The notes under the pieces are model-generated. The model was given only the letters and a program-made list of their open reading frames with translations, had not been told where the DNA came from and searched no databases. From sequence record PV730302.1: DNA of 64,000 nucleotides. One strand, 5' to 3'. This stretch comes from a phage. This document shows, piece by piece, positions 1 through 10,861 of this stretch (the stretch's first letter is position 1; every line of letters begins with the position of its first letter). Position numbers and translations under genes: made by a program.

Positions 1-636
1 GAAGAGCAAAAACAAATTTTAGATGAGTTACTGGAAGAATACTTCGGTGGATATCCTATGTCATGGCGCCCGTATATGTTCATTGAACTTTACACATCAT
101 CACTCGGCAAGACCAAAATTCCTATCCGATACACTTGCAGTAAGTGTGAAAAGGATAGACAAGTCTTATTCAATTTGAAACAGGCCAAGTTAGATAACCC
201 TACAATTGAAGTGGCAGGCTTGAAGCTAACATTCAAATTTCCGGAAATAGAATATCACGATAAATCTGAATTGATTTTGAACACCCTCCAAACCGTAGAA
301 GATGAAAATGGAAAATATAATTGGTCAGACCTTTCTGAAGAGGACCAATTAGCCGTAATAGATGCTATAGACTTATCCACTTTAGAGGATATAGTTAAAC
401 AAACTAGCCCTATTCATTTCGAACTCAAATACGGATGCTGTAATCGTAGAACAATTACGTATACCGATATTTTAGAGGTGTTTAAGCTTATAGTCAATCC
501 GGATGAGATATTTTTATTTTACCAAATAAACCATTTATTGGTAAAGAACAATTATTCATTAGAAAGCATTATGCAGATGATTCCAATCGAACGCGGTATT
601 GCTTTGTCTTTGGTTGAAAAGGACCTTAAGAAATGA
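1..636 (+). CDS. 51: baseplate hub assembly protein, gp51-like (5' end outside window)
   Basis: Reading frame is open from nt 1; lies immediately upstream of the gp27-like gene as in T4 order 51-27-28-29-48-54; Cys-containing small protein. Identity by synteny only. Confidence 0.4.
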   Translation, partial: EEQKQILDELLEEYFGGYPMSWRPYMFIELYTSSLGKTKIPIRYTCSKCEKDRQVLFNLKQAKLDNPTIEVAGLKLTFKFPEIEYHDKSELILNTLQTVEDENGKYNWSDLSEEDQLAVIDAIDLSTLEDIVKQTSPIHFELKYGCCNRRTITYTDILEVFKLIVNPDEIFLFYQINHLLVKNNYSLESIMQMIPIERGIALSLVEKDLKK

Positions 637-1802
637 GTTCAAAAACTATGCAACGTGAAGGCTTTCCTAATATTAGTATACGCCTTTACGAAGATTATGA
701 CGCCTGGTTAGAGCATCGTTTTGTTGAACTAGGCGCGACATTTACTACTCTAACAATGCGAGATGGACTTTACGGTAGTAATGAAGGATTGCTCCAGTTT
801 TATGATGCAAAGAACCTTCATACTAAAATGGACGGCGAACAGATTATTCAAGTTTCCGTTAAGAACGCCAACTCTGAGCGTACCCAATCAAGAATTTATG
901 GAAGTAAGCACTTTGCTGTAGGAGTGGATTCGAAGGGTGATAATATCATAACAATACAACTCGCCCCAATCCACTTTTTAGAAAATCTTAAATTCGGACG
1001 TATGTTCTTCCCAAGTGTTCAAGAAACATTAACCGAAATGATTGGTGTTATTTATCAAGACCGCCCACTTCTTGCACCTCCATTGAACGGGATAAACGTT
1101 TACGTTCCTAATGTTCCTTGGTGTGATTCAATGGACCGTTATATGGAATTTGTACGAGAAGTAGGTATGGCTGTTGAATCTGATAAATTTGTATTTGTCT
1201 GGGAAGATATAGATGGTATTTCTATTATGGACTACGAATTTATGGTTAATCAAGAGCCAATTAATTTTGTGGTAGGTGAGCCGCGTTTAATAGGCCAATA
1301 CGTTCAAGATATGGATACTCCTATCGCATTTGATTTTGAATGGTTAACTAAAGCCAACCAGCATTCCAGAAAGCCATATGAAAACGCTACTATATACGCC
1401 CACTCTTTCTTAGACAAAAACGCCACACGAATTACTTTTGGCGATGGGCAAAACAGTATATTGGTTTCTCGCTCTGGCGGATATTCCGATTATACCTATC
1501 GAAATGGATATGAAGAAGCTGATAGATTAGTTACAATGGCCCAATACGACGGCTACGCGCATTGTAAGGTATACGGTAACTTTGAACTAACTCCAGGTGA
1601 TAAGATTAATTTCTACGACCCTAAAAACCAATTCCAATACGATTTTTATGTAGACGAAGTTATTCATGAAGTGAGTAACAATACATCAATTACAAACCTT
1701 TATATGTTTACTAATGGTAAGCCTATTAAGATTGAAGAACCACCGAAGGTTAAAAATGAACTTAAAACTGATACTCCCGATCAAGAAAATAACGCTGGGT
1801 GA
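633..1802 (+). CDS. 27: baseplate hub subunit gp27
   Basis: 389 aa (T4 gp27 is 391 aa); position in hub cluster; start overlaps upstream stop (ATGA). Confidence 0.65.
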   Translation: MSSKTMQREGFPNISIRLYEDYDAWLEHRFVELGATFTTLTMRDGLYGSNEGLLQFYDAKNLHTKMDGEQIIQVSVKNANSERTQSRIYGSKHFAVGVDSKGDNIITIQLAPIHFLENLKFGRMFFPSVQETLTEMIGVIYQDRPLLAPPLNGINVYVPNVPWCDSMDRYMEFVREVGMAVESDKFVFVWEDIDGISIMDYEFMVNQEPINFVVGEPRLIGQYVQDMDTPIAFDFEWLTKANQHSRKPYENATIYAHSFLDKNATRITFGDGQNSILVSRSGGYSDYTYRNGYEEADRLVTMAQYDGYAHCKVYGNFELTPGDKINFYDPKNQFQYDFYVDEVIHEVSNNTSITNLYMFTNGKPIKIEEPPKVKNELKTDTPDQENNAG

Positions 1803-2283
1803 TAAAGAGATTTCTATTCCTAAATTGGGTCTTAAACACCAGAAATTGGTTAAAGATGAAAAAGACCCTTACAAGGCTCTTCACATATTAATGAATTCCA
1901 TTTATAAAGATTTATCCGCGGCAGAGACTGATTTTGCCGCTCTTCACCTTTTAGAATTCAATGGAAGATTAAAAAGTAAAGTAACCAAAGACGGGTTTAC
2001 TTATAACTTAAATGACCTTTATATTTGCCAACGACTTGAATTCCAATTCCAAGGTAAAACATTTAAATTTAAATCACATGAACCATTTCAAACATTTGGG
2101 CCTGTTGATAGTGTATTACAGTCCCTTTACCTTGGTGATGATGTACCAGATTTTCTGGATATGCCTGCCTTTGTTGCTACATGGGCCGACGATATAACTT
2201 CTACTATAGCTATCCCTGGTCCTAATGGTCCTATCAAAGGATTGCTTAAAATCATGGATATCTTAAATGAAGAACGAATCTAA
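1756..2283 (+). CDS. 28: baseplate hub distal subunit gp28
   Basis: Track ORF 1714..2283; first ATG at 1756 (MNLKLIL...) gives 175 aa, close to T4 gp28 (177 aa); overlaps 3' end of gene 27. Confidence 0.55.
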   Translation: MNLKLILPIKKITLGDKEISIPKLGLKHQKLVKDEKDPYKALHILMNSIYKDLSAAETDFAALHLLEFNGRLKSKVTKDGFTYNLNDLYICQRLEFQFQGKTFKFKSHEPFQTFGPVDSVLQSLYLGDDVPDFLDMPAFVATWADDITSTIAIPGPNGPIKGLLKIMDILNEERI

Positions 2284-4003
2284 TCAGAATAGTTTTCGTC
2301 GCAATAAACTGATTGAAGAAATGGCTCCTCAGCGTCGTGCTGAGGCGCTAGCCCAAACTCAGAACGACGAATTAGGAAATATATCAGATGTTTTATCCGA
2401 TTCCCAGGCGGCGTCTGAATTGCTCTCTGAAGTGGTTGAGACAAAGTCTAATCAGATTATTAGTTCTGTAGACCGAGTAGATAAAAGCGTCCAAGATGTT
2501 GTTGCCGGGACAGAATTAACGGCTGAAGCTATATCAGAACAAACTCAACAATCTAAAGCTCTTTCGGATGCACTAAACGAAAAGATTAATAAGCTTTCTA
2601 ATATGTTAGAGGCTAAATTTTCTGGTATTTCTATTCCACCGGAAGGGAGCTCATTAAAGGTTATTGAAGACTCTATTCCGGAAGAACCTAAGGCCGAAAC
2701 TCCTAAAGTTCCTGCTGTTGTTGAAGATATTCTTCCACCTGAAGATAATAAACCTGACGCTGAATTTATGCCTGAGCCTCCTAAAAATTCAGATGAAGGT
2801 AAAGAAGGTGATAAGACTTCTCTTTCCGAGAAAATAGAAGCCCTTACTAAAATAACTGAAAAGGGATTTAAAGCTTCTATAGGCGTCGCTGATAGAATTT
2901 CAGGCATGCTTTTTAAGTATACCATTACCGCTGCCGCTGAAGCTGCTAAACTCGCCGCAGGTTTAGTCCTTTTAATATTTGGTATAGATGCCATTCGTGT
3001 GTACTTCCAATATTTCATGGACCAATTTGAGGCAGGATGGAAAGAATTTAACGATAAGTTTAAAGAGTGGGGACCATTACTTGAAGGGCTAATGACATGG
3101 GCCAAGAATGCTGAAGCCATGTTTAGTGAAGGGAACTGGTTAGGTCTGGCTGAAGCCATTATTCGTGGTATGGTTAATCTTACTAAAAATATGGCCCAGC
3201 TTTTAATGCTCGGTATTTCTAAGTTGATTTCTGCCATTTTAAGCAAAATACCTGGTATGGGTGAGTTAGCTGAAAACGTGGAGGCTTCCGCTTTAATGTC
3301 GTATCAGCAAAATACAGGAGCCACTTTGGATGATGAAGACCAAACTAAAGTAGCCAAGTACCACGATAGACGTTCTGCCGAGGCTTTAGAAACAGCCGAG
3401 AAAATGAATAAGAAGTATAAGGATAAACCCGAGCTTATAAACCAAGCAGAGAAATACGGTAATCTTACTAAAGAACAAGCTGACCAATTACGTGCAGGTG
3501 GAATTGACACAAGCTTCCGTGACCTCCCTGAAGAAGAACGATTAGAGTATTTCAAGAAGCGGGATAAAGCCCAAGCCGATATTATTCGTTTGACTCAAAC
3601 TGCTGATAATATAATGAAGCCTGATTCTAAAGATATCGAAAATGCTAAAGCATTTAAAGCTGATATCGAGAAACAATTGGCCGACCCTATTATGGCTAAA
3701 GGCGGAGCACCGAAGGACCTTAATATCCAGCAATTACTTGATAAGATGAATAAATCTTTAGAGAAATTTAATGAAGCTGAAAAGCCTAAACCTGCTTCTG
3801 TAGCGGAATCTCCTGAAAATACCCAGGTTAAAAAGGTGGATGAGCAAATGAGAGCAAAGGAAAATGCTAAATATAGTCAGCAGGCTCCAACTCAAATAAA
3901 TCAGCAAACGAATATCAAGAAAACGAGTAAGACTAGTTATAATTTACCTCCACAGTCCTCTACTCCTGCTCCTGGTATGCGTCAAGCTACTAAAGTTAAT
4001 TAG
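2267..4003 (+). CDS. 29: baseplate hub / tail length determining protein gp29
   Basis: 578 aa (T4 gp29 590 aa); extended, low-complexity, coiled-coil-like sequence typical of tape-measure-like proteins; synteny. Confidence 0.65.
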   Translation: MKNESNQNSFRRNKLIEEMAPQRRAEALAQTQNDELGNISDVLSDSQAASELLSEVVETKSNQIISSVDRVDKSVQDVVAGTELTAEAISEQTQQSKALSDALNEKINKLSNMLEAKFSGISIPPEGSSLKVIEDSIPEEPKAETPKVPAVVEDILPPEDNKPDAEFMPEPPKNSDEGKEGDKTSLSEKIEALTKITEKGFKASIGVADRISGMLFKYTITAAAEAAKLAAGLVLLIFGIDAIRVYFQYFMDQFEAGWKEFNDKFKEWGPLLEGLMTWAKNAEAMFSEGNWLGLAEAIIRGMVNLTKNMAQLLMLGISKLISAILSKIPGMGELAENVEASALMSYQQNTGATLDDEDQTKVAKYHDRRSAEALETAEKMNKKYKDKPELINQAEKYGNLTKEQADQLRAGGIDTSFRDLPEEERLEYFKKRDKAQADIIRLTQTADNIMKPDSKDIENAKAFKADIEKQLADPIMAKGGAPKDLNIQQLLDKMNKSLEKFNEAEKPKPASVAESPENTQVKKVDEQMRAKENAKYSQQAPTQINQQTNIKKTSKTSYNLPPQSSTPAPGMRQATKVN

Positions 4004-4011
4004 GATTAATA

Positions 4012-5100
4012 ATGAAAGCAAAAGAAATTGACATTAATGTAGCCTCCTTGTTTAAAGGAGGCTCAAAGACCTCCGCCGGCCAGTCTAAAGCTAAACCGGC
4101 CCAAACTACAGTAATGGCCCAATACCCGGCAGAAAGGGTCTCCGGTAATGATACCTCCACAGATATGGTGTTAAGCGATTTATATAAAAACGGCTTACTT
4201 TTTACAGCGTATAATTTTAGCTCTCGTGTATCACCTGATTTGCGTAATGACCGATCAAGTCAAATGTCTAAAAAGTTTTCAAAAGCTGCTAGTAAGCTTA
4301 CCGGCAATACCGGAGGATTCAGCGCGGTTAAAAACTTGTTCAGTAATAACTCTAAGGGAGTTAAATTTGACAACCAAGCTTTGGCGAATATTTTACTCCC
4401 ACGTTCTAAATCTGACGTAGATTCGGTGTCGCATAAATTTAATGATGTCGGTGAATCATTAATTACTAAAGGCGGAGGTACTGCTACAGGTATTTTAAGT
4501 AACGTTGCAAGTACTGCAGTATTTGGTGCGTTGGAATCTGTGACTAATGGCGTAATGGCCGATTCAGGCGAGCAGATATACACCACAGCCCGTAGTATGT
4601 ATGCAGGGCCTGATAACCGTACTAAGGTATTCACTTGGGAAATGACTCCACGAAACGCCCAAGACCTTATCCAGATTATTAAAATATACGAAATCTTTAA
4701 TTACTATTCTTATGGTGAAACCGGCAACTCAGCCTTCGCTGGTGAATTAAAAGAGAAGATTGATACCTGGTATCGTTCTACGTTTAAAAAAGAAGCTATT
4801 GACAAGTTTGACGGTAAGCTATTAGGGGAAAGTATTACAAGCTTCCTTTCTAATGTTATTGTGGTAAGTAATCCGACCATTTGGTATATCCGAAACTTTG
4901 GTGATAGCAGTTCATATGATGGTCGTGAAGATATTTTTGGTCCATGCCAAATCCAGAGTATCCGTTTTGATAAAACTCCGGACGGCCATTTTAACGGATT
5001 GGCTATTGCTCCTAACTTACCATCTACGTTTAGTTTAGAAGTTACTTTCCGTGAAATCATTACTTTGAACCGTGGCTCACTTTATACGGAAGGATTCTAA
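4012..5100 (+). CDS. 48: baseplate tail-tube junction protein gp48
   Basis: 362 aa (T4 gp48 364 aa); synteny after gene 29. Confidence 0.65.
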   Translation: MKAKEIDINVASLFKGGSKTSAGQSKAKPAQTTVMAQYPAERVSGNDTSTDMVLSDLYKNGLLFTAYNFSSRVSPDLRNDRSSQMSKKFSKAASKLTGNTGGFSAVKNLFSNNSKGVKFDNQALANILLPRSKSDVDSVSHKFNDVGESLITKGGGTATGILSNVASTAVFGALESVTNGVMADSGEQIYTTARSMYAGPDNRTKVFTWEMTPRNAQDLIQIIKIYEIFNYYSYGETGNSAFAGELKEKIDTWYRSTFKKEAIDKFDGKLLGESITSFLSNVIVVSNPTIWYIRNFGDSSSYDGREDIFGPCQIQSIRFDKTPDGHFNGLAIAPNLPSTFSLEVTFREIITLNRGSLYTEGF

Positions 5101-6029
5101 TGTATACTTTACAAGAATTTCAGAACCAGGCAATTAATATTGACCTACAGAGGAATAACCTGTTTAGTGTAGTATTTGCAACGGTTCCTTCTTCTAAATC
5201 TCAAGCGCTCCTCGACCAGTTCGGTGGAGCTTTATTTAACAATATCCCATTGAATAGCGATTTGTTTGGTATTACACAAGGAGAGTTGACCCAAGGTGTT
5301 ACGACATTAGTGACAGCGGGCACTCAGAAGTTGATTCGTAAGTCAGGCATAAGTAAATATTTGATTGGAGCTATGTCATCCAGGGTTGTGCAGAGCTTAC
5401 TAGGAGAGTTTGAAGTAGGTACATATCTGATGGATTTTTTCAATATGGCCTATCCTACGGCAGGTCTTTTAGTCCACGCCGTTAAAATCCCGGATAATAC
5501 TTTGAACTATGAAATGGATTTGAACCACAACTCACCTAACATCAAAATTACCGGAAGAGAATATTCTCCATTAGTATTAAGCTTCCGTATGGATTCTGAA
5601 GCTGCTAACTACCGTGCTTTTAATGATTGGGTCAATAGTGTTCAAGACCCTATTACACAATTAAGAGCATTACCGGAGGATGTTGAAGCTGACATTCAAG
5701 TCAACCTTCATTCCCGTAATGGATTACCACATACGGTAGTAATGCTTAATGGTTGCGTTCCAATGAGCGTATCTTCCCCGGAATTATCTTACGACGGTGA
5801 TAACCAAATTGCTTCATTTGATGTTACATTTGCTTATAGAAGTGTACAGACTGGTGCAGTTGGCAAACAAGCTGCTTATGAATGGTTAGAAGATAAAGTC
5901 CTTAAAGGCGTGGCGGGTATAAGTGAGAGCAATTCCCTGAGTTCTTCAGTAGCTAAATTAAGCCGACTTTCAGGAGCTTCTAGTGGATTAACAGGATTGG
6001 TTAATAGTGGAATATCGAGGTTGTTATAA
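5100..6029 (+). CDS. 54: baseplate tail-tube initiator gp54
   Basis: 309 aa (T4 gp54 320 aa); start overlaps gp48 stop; last late gene before the strand switch. Confidence 0.65.
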   Translation: MYTLQEFQNQAINIDLQRNNLFSVVFATVPSSKSQALLDQFGGALFNNIPLNSDLFGITQGELTQGVTTLVTAGTQKLIRKSGISKYLIGAMSSRVVQSLLGEFEVGTYLMDFFNMAYPTAGLLVHAVKIPDNTLNYEMDLNHNSPNIKITGREYSPLVLSFRMDSEAANYRAFNDWVNSVQDPITQLRALPEDVEADIQVNLHSRNGLPHTVVMLNGCVPMSVSSPELSYDGDNQIASFDVTFAYRSVQTGAVGKQAAYEWLEDKVLKGVAGISESNSLSSSVAKLSRLSGASSGLTGLVNSGISRLL

Positions 6030-6034
6030 CAAAA

Positions 6035-6056
6035 AAGGAGAGCATATGCTCTCCTT
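6035..6056. terminator. perfect 22-bp palindrome between convergent genes (putative bidirectional terminator)
   Basis: aaggagagcat/atgctctcctt located 5 nt after the gene 54 stop and 8 nt before the stop of the minus-strand ORF 6064..6354. Confidence 0.5.
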
Positions 6057-6063
6057 TAGGGGT

Positions 6064-6354
6064 TTATTTACGGAACGAAATGAAACCTGCTGTGGTCATT
6101 AGTGGTTGCTTTTTAACAAACACCGTAACCGAAATAGGAGCTTCGGATTCGAGTTGTCCTGTCACTACACCGTTAAAAATGTTTTCGGTTTGTTCTGGAT
6201 AAGAAAAATTCTCAACAGGTCGGATATCAAACTGTTTGTCTTCACCGAAAACTCGACGTAATTCATTACCCACTGCACTGTCAAACTCTTCAGAAGCAGG
6301 GATAACGTTTTCAACTACCAGTTCTTGACCATTAAAACGGAATGTAGATTTCAT
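6064..6354 (-). CDS. hypothetical protein (position of T4 alt.-1/-2/-3 small ORFs)
   Basis: 96-aa ORF downstream of the alt-like genes on the minus strand. Confidence 0.4.
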   Translation of the reverse strand: MKSTFRFNGQELVVENVIPASEEFDSAVGNELRRVFGEDKQFDIRPVENFSYPEQTENIFNGVVTGQLESEAPISVTVFVKKQPLMTTAGFISFRK

Positions 6355-6411
6355 AATGTTCTCCTCATGTTTGTGTAAGGTAATAGTACCACATCCTTGT
6401 GGTAATGTAAA

Positions 6412-8538
6412 CTACATTTTGAATTTATTTGATAAAGAAGAGATATCCAAAGATGCAGCAAGGATTTCCATAGCCTCGTTACTTTCAGAAATGGATTCAC
6501 TAACCAAGAACTGTTTAAAGCCGTCCATCAGGCGAACTTCACCAGTTTCCATCAAATGGTCACCATCGTAAACAGATTCACTGAGCTCTGAAGGAGGTGT
6601 TACGGTAGCTTCCATAAGGTATTTGTGAGATACTCTATCATTCATGGCAAAAGCCGCTACTTTATCAACCTTCAACAATAATCCACGCGGAAGGATAATT
6701 TCTGCTTCTTCGGCATATTCTGTAAGGTCACCAGGAGCGATAACTTTAACTGCTTCAGCACCTCGAATAACCATACCAATTTCAGCAATTCTATCCGCAG
6801 GACCTTCAGGTGCAATTGGATTACCGAACTCGTCTTCTTCCCATTCTACCTCTTCGTCATCGACTTCACCCACATCAGATGAACTACCGCTAGCCAATTT
6901 AAACAACTCATCAGCGGAGGATAAAGAACCTTCGCCGCCAACAAAAACGGCTTGGTTGTCGAGGGCCATATAATTTTTACCAAATTCACCAAAGATGTTA
7001 GGCTTTAATGAGGCTGACACAAAGTTCTTAAAGTAAAATGTTTTGTTATCGATATTATGGCGCAGAATTTTGTATGGCAAATCCTGACCACGATACAAAA
7101 TAGTACCCTTAGGAAGTTTAATACCCTTAGTAAATGCTGAGTCTAAATCCTTAATCAATTTAATAGCCGTTGTATTGTTTTCGGATTCAGGTTTACCTAA
7201 AAGGAATAAGTTCATAGGAGCATATTCAGCTGCGCAATATTCAATAATAGCATTGCTTTCGTCTTTGGTTAGGTCCTTAGGTTTAATGAGCTCGCCTGAA
7301 TAAGCATATGCATCACTAATAGAATCGTTAACCAGTTTATAAACGGCTTCCATAGCGAAAGCAATTCGAGAGGCCTTTTCTGAAGGAGAACCCTTAAAAC
7401 GAGCACTCAAGTTATTAACAATTTTCTTAATAATATCCAGACTATTGGTTGTATTGATTTGCGAAAGACCACTTAAAAGTCTATCGACTTCTGTATTAAA
7501 AAATGCCATATTATTAGAGTAAATTTCAAACCCTTGTTTATCTCTATTAGCATAATTTAGTTTAAATTTACTATCAGTCATTAAAGCGTGCGTGAGGGCA
7601 ATAGTGTATCTAAAGTTGGCAAGGTCCTCGCTCTTAGATTTAAACTGAGAAGCCTGGCGCATTTTAGTAATAGCACCTTTTTTAAAGTTCTGACTAATCT
7701 GTTCAATACCTTCATTCTCAGGGCCTTCAGCCGTGTGAACCGGTACAGAAGCTTCAAACTCGTTATAAACCTGCAATTCTTTAGGGGACAAAGTTTCAGG
7801 CTCAGCAGTAGAATACTGTGCGGCTGCTGCCATACGACGGGAAATCTTAGTACGGGTAATGACAGCCTTATCAGTACGTTTCTCTTCAACTTGTGCAATA
7901 GATGCCGCTACTGCTTCGACCTTACTTACGGCCTGGCCGGTTTTCTTAGAAACATACACTTCGCCAACTTTAGACTCAACTTTAGTATAAAGATCGGCAT
8001 TAATTTCAGGCATACCCTTGATATCTTCAATATTAGCACCGCGACGTACTAAAAGAACGTAGGTATGTTTTCCGCTGAATTGGAACATGTCGTCAACAAC
8101 TTTAAACTTACCACCGGTACGGGCCATAGCCAAACGAGCTAATACGCGCTGAACGGTAGGGCCTTTACCTTTCATTTTCTTAGTAGGGAAACGGAATAAA
8201 ACCGCGTCCATTTTAAGTTTGTTTATTTGTTCGTATATGGTATCGAAAATGGTGTTCAGTGTACCGAGTGGATCGGTACCCAACCCACCCTTGAGTTCTG
8301 CCGGAGCGCCTTTAGCAGACAAACTCATCAAAATAACATGAACATATTTGTCGCCCGGCTTAACCATTTTAATAGCGTCTCCTTGAGACGCATAAGATAC
8401 CATACGAGCAACCAGATTATCGTTACCTGGGGCTTGGATAGAGAAAATCTGTGGAATACCGGAACCTGGTTTAAGATTTGTTACTGGATAGTTTTTAGCG
8501 GAATCACTATCAAAAACCTCATTTAAATTTTCCATCAT
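6412..8538 (-). CDS. alt: Alt-like ADP-ribosyltransferase, paralog B
   Basis: 708 aa; shares blocks ARMVSYAS.GDAIK, HVILMSLSAKG.PAELKGGLG, RFPTKKMKG with the upstream paralog; C-terminal ART-like motifs YRGQ, FVSASL, EAEIILPRG (R-S-E). Confidence 0.7.
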   Translation of the reverse strand: MMENLNEVFDSDSAKNYPVTNLKPGSGIPQIFSIQAPGNDNLVARMVSYASQGDAIKMVKPGDKYVHVILMSLSAKGAPAELKGGLGTDPLGTLNTIFDTIYEQINKLKMDAVLFRFPTKKMKGKGPTVQRVLARLAMARTGGKFKVVDDMFQFSGKHTYVLLVRRGANIEDIKGMPEINADLYTKVESKVGEVYVSKKTGQAVSKVEAVAASIAQVEEKRTDKAVITRTKISRRMAAAAQYSTAEPETLSPKELQVYNEFEASVPVHTAEGPENEGIEQISQNFKKGAITKMRQASQFKSKSEDLANFRYTIALTHALMTDSKFKLNYANRDKQGFEIYSNNMAFFNTEVDRLLSGLSQINTTNSLDIIKKIVNNLSARFKGSPSEKASRIAFAMEAVYKLVNDSISDAYAYSGELIKPKDLTKDESNAIIEYCAAEYAPMNLFLLGKPESENNTTAIKLIKDLDSAFTKGIKLPKGTILYRGQDLPYKILRHNIDNKTFYFKNFVSASLKPNIFGEFGKNYMALDNQAVFVGGEGSLSSADELFKLASGSSSDVGEVDDEEVEWEEDEFGNPIAPEGPADRIAEIGMVIRGAEAVKVIAPGDLTEYAEEAEIILPRGLLLKVDKVAAFAMNDRVSHKYLMEATVTPPSELSESVYDGDHLMETGEVRLMDGFKQFLVSESISESNEAMEILAASLDISSLSNKFKM

Positions 8539-10623
8539 TTACCCTTGGATGAATTTTTCTGGGATGTCATAGAGGTCTATGCATGAAGCCAAAAGAGGCA
8601 ATACATCAAACCGTGTAGATTTAACAAATGAATCAAAAGATACAGGGCTTTCGGAAGTATCGAAGTCATCTTGATATACGACCAACTCGCCGGTTTCCAT
8701 TAGTACGTCACCATCATATACCACAGATTCTTGAAGCTCATCTGTTGTCATAACTTCAGCTTGGATGAGTTTTGTATTACTAGATGTTGTTCCATCATTA
8801 TTAGAAGCATCTGTTATTTTATTAACTTTGACCATTAATCCACGCGGTAGAATAACTTCAGCTTCAGTTGCTATTCCGAGATTTCCTGGATATACGACAT
8901 TAACTTTATGAGCTCCATCAATCGCCCATCCTATTTGAACTTTAACATAATCAGGATTTTCTTTATATGCTCTTATTTCATTAGGATTAATAGTTATTCC
9001 TTCTTCATTTTTATCGACTGTCAATTCATTACGAACTTCCGGTTCTAAAAGACCAATACCTGCGTGCGTAACACCAAAACGTCCAAAAATGATAGGAGTT
9101 AAAGAAGTAGATACAAAATTTCTGAAATAGAACACTTTATTTTTAACTAGTGCTTCGTATATAGGAGCAGTCATACTCTGGGCACGATAAACTGTAATGC
9201 CTTCTGGTATACGGTCACCATTTTCAAAAGCAGAATCCAAATTATTAACTGCGGATTCGATATCTTTTTCGCTCATAACCTCATAGTTCTGAGGATTATA
9301 ACGTCCTAAAAGAAGATTATTTATGTCTGTATATCCTGAACCACAATATTCTCTGATGCCGCGCTTTTGTGATGGGGTATATTTAGAGCCCTCACGAGCA
9401 ATAGTAATATCGACCATAATACCGCCACCCACACCAGCAAAACTATATACACGTTTTTTAATGAACTTGGTCTTGGTGGCTTTCCACTTCGCATCGGTCA
9501 ATTCATTCCAGAGGTCGTCAGGTTGGCCTTTACGAGTTTTGTTATGCCGGGCCAGCCATTCACCTTTGTATTCTTCGAAAACGGTATTAATAGCAGAGGC
9601 ATATTTTTCTAGAGCTTTAACAGATGTCAAAGGTTCGTTTTTGATGGCCGTAAGAATTTTATCTTTAATTTTCTCTTGGATTTCGCCAATACCGTGAAGT
9701 GGGAACAATTTATAGTCGTAATGCAATTCTTCAGCAGTGCCTTCAGCTACTATATTAGCAACCCTATTTTTAGCCGCAGGAGAATTGTTATTAATGACCA
9801 TTTCCTGGGCCTCAGGGATTAATGGAACTGTTGCCGGTTTATTAAAATCCGCTGCAGTAGCTTCATATTTCTTAAACAATTCACTTTCATTACGATAAGA
9901 TTCCAATGATTGGCTTGCTGCAATGGCGCGCCTAGAAATCTTAGTCTTGGTTATAACCATTTTATCAGTGCGACGTTCTTCAACCTTAGCAATACTGCCG
10001 GCAATAGCAGTTTCTTTAGTAACCTGCACACCTTCTTTTTTGGAAATATAAACTTCACCGACATCAGAATCTACCTTAGTATACAATTCAGCATTAATTC
10101 CAGGCATACCTTTGATATCTTCGATATCAGCTTGTTTACGAACTACTAAGATGTAAGTATGTTTACCGGTAAATTGGTACATAGCCGGAACCACTTTAAA
10201 ACGTCCACCGGTTTTCTGTGCTACCAAACGTTGGATAATACGTTGAACGATAGGGCCTTGACCTTTCATTTTCTTGGTAGGAAAACGGAACATCACGGCA
10301 TCCATACGAAGCTTTTTAACTTGGTCATAAACCACATCAAAAATAGTATTAATCGCATCTACAGGAGTAGGGCCAAGGCCACCTTTAAGTTCGGCTGGAG
10401 TACCTTTAGCTGAAAGGCTCATAAGGATAACGTGGGCATATTTATCACCCATTTTAACTTGTTTAATAGCATCACCTTCAGAAGCGTAGGATACCATACG
10501 AGCAACTAATTGGGATTCTGCGTCGCCGATCTTCCAAATCTGGGGTACTTTAAGTTTAGGGTTCAAGTTTACTGTAGGCAGTGTGCCTTCGGACTCAAAC
10601 ACTTCATTTAATTGTTCGGTCAT
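8539..10623 (-). CDS. alt: Alt-like ADP-ribosyltransferase, paralog A
   Basis: 694 aa (T4 Alt 682 aa); N-terminal LNEVFESEG..PKLKVPQIW resembles the Alt capsid-targeting region; C-terminal YRAQ, FVSTSL, EAEVILPRG motifs; stop abuts start of paralog B (TAAATG). Confidence 0.75.
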   Translation of the reverse strand: MTEQLNEVFESEGTLPTVNLNPKLKVPQIWKIGDAESQLVARMVSYASEGDAIKQVKMGDKYAHVILMSLSAKGTPAELKGGLGPTPVDAINTIFDVVYDQVKKLRMDAVMFRFPTKKMKGQGPIVQRIIQRLVAQKTGGRFKVVPAMYQFTGKHTYILVVRKQADIEDIKGMPGINAELYTKVDSDVGEVYISKKEGVQVTKETAIAGSIAKVEERRTDKMVITKTKISRRAIAASQSLESYRNESELFKKYEATAADFNKPATVPLIPEAQEMVINNNSPAAKNRVANIVAEGTAEELHYDYKLFPLHGIGEIQEKIKDKILTAIKNEPLTSVKALEKYASAINTVFEEYKGEWLARHNKTRKGQPDDLWNELTDAKWKATKTKFIKKRVYSFAGVGGGIMVDITIAREGSKYTPSQKRGIREYCGSGYTDINNLLLGRYNPQNYEVMSEKDIESAVNNLDSAFENGDRIPEGITVYRAQSMTAPIYEALVKNKVFYFRNFVSTSLTPIIFGRFGVTHAGIGLLEPEVRNELTVDKNEEGITINPNEIRAYKENPDYVKVQIGWAIDGAHKVNVVYPGNLGIATEAEVILPRGLMVKVNKITDASNNDGTTSSNTKLIQAEVMTTDELQESVVYDGDVLMETGELVVYQDDFDTSESPVSFDSFVKSTRFDVLPLLASCIDLYDIPEKFIQG

Positions 10624-10658
10624 AATAATTCCTCTTTAATAACCTTATTTATGCCAGA

Positions 10659-10676
10659 AAAGGCCCTAAGGCCTTT
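10659..10676 (-). other. GC-rich stem-loop between small ORF and alt start
   Basis: aaaggcc-ctaa-ggccttt inverted repeat; minus-strand RNA hairpin followed by a short U tract; possible weak terminator or RNA stability element. Confidence 0.35.
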
Positions 10677-10677
10677 A

Positions 10678-10860
10678 TTAAAGTACTAACAGCGTACGGT
10701 ACACTTCAAATTTAGGACCCTTTTCATAGCGGTCGAAATTATCTTTAAAATCGGCGAACGCGATTTCATTTTCAAATTCAAGGACAATTTGGGACACTGC
10801 AGTGGAGACATCCCCACCTTCTTTATATCCAATAACCACGGTTTCTAAATAAGCTTTCAT
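10678..10860 (-). CDS. hypothetical protein
   Basis: Track ORF 10678..10902 overlaps the ligase 3' end; internal ATG at 10858-10860 (MKAYLETVV...) sits just after the ligase stop. Confidence 0.35.
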   Translation of the reverse strand: MKAYLETVVIGYKEGGDVSTAVSQIVLEFENEIAFADFKDNFDRYEKGPKFEVYRTLLVL

Positions 10861-10861
10861 A

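Noticed and set aside
2545-3246. 233-aa minus-strand ORF inside gene 29 (and similar antisense ORFs 3304..3555, 3542..3733, 4260..4634, 4710..5060)
   Set aside because: Fully embedded antisense to long, syntenic structural genes; low-complexity Ser/Ala/Leu-rich translations typical of shadow ORFs.
7581-8052. ORFs 7581..7898 (-) and 7588..8052 (+) within the Alt-like paralog B
   Set aside because: Out-of-frame or antisense overlap with a well-supported gene; Leu/Arg/Ser-rich composition characteristic of spurious frames.
9323-10413. Plus-strand ORFs 9323..9697, 9910..10149, 10159..10413 inside Alt-like paralog A
   Set aside because: Antisense to a conserved coding region; no RBS context; shadow ORFs.
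10646-10653. Near-consensus late promoter CATAAATA upstream of the Alt-like gene
   Set aside because: First position deviates from TATAAATA; could be functional because Alt is a packaged late protein, but evidence is insufficient to call.
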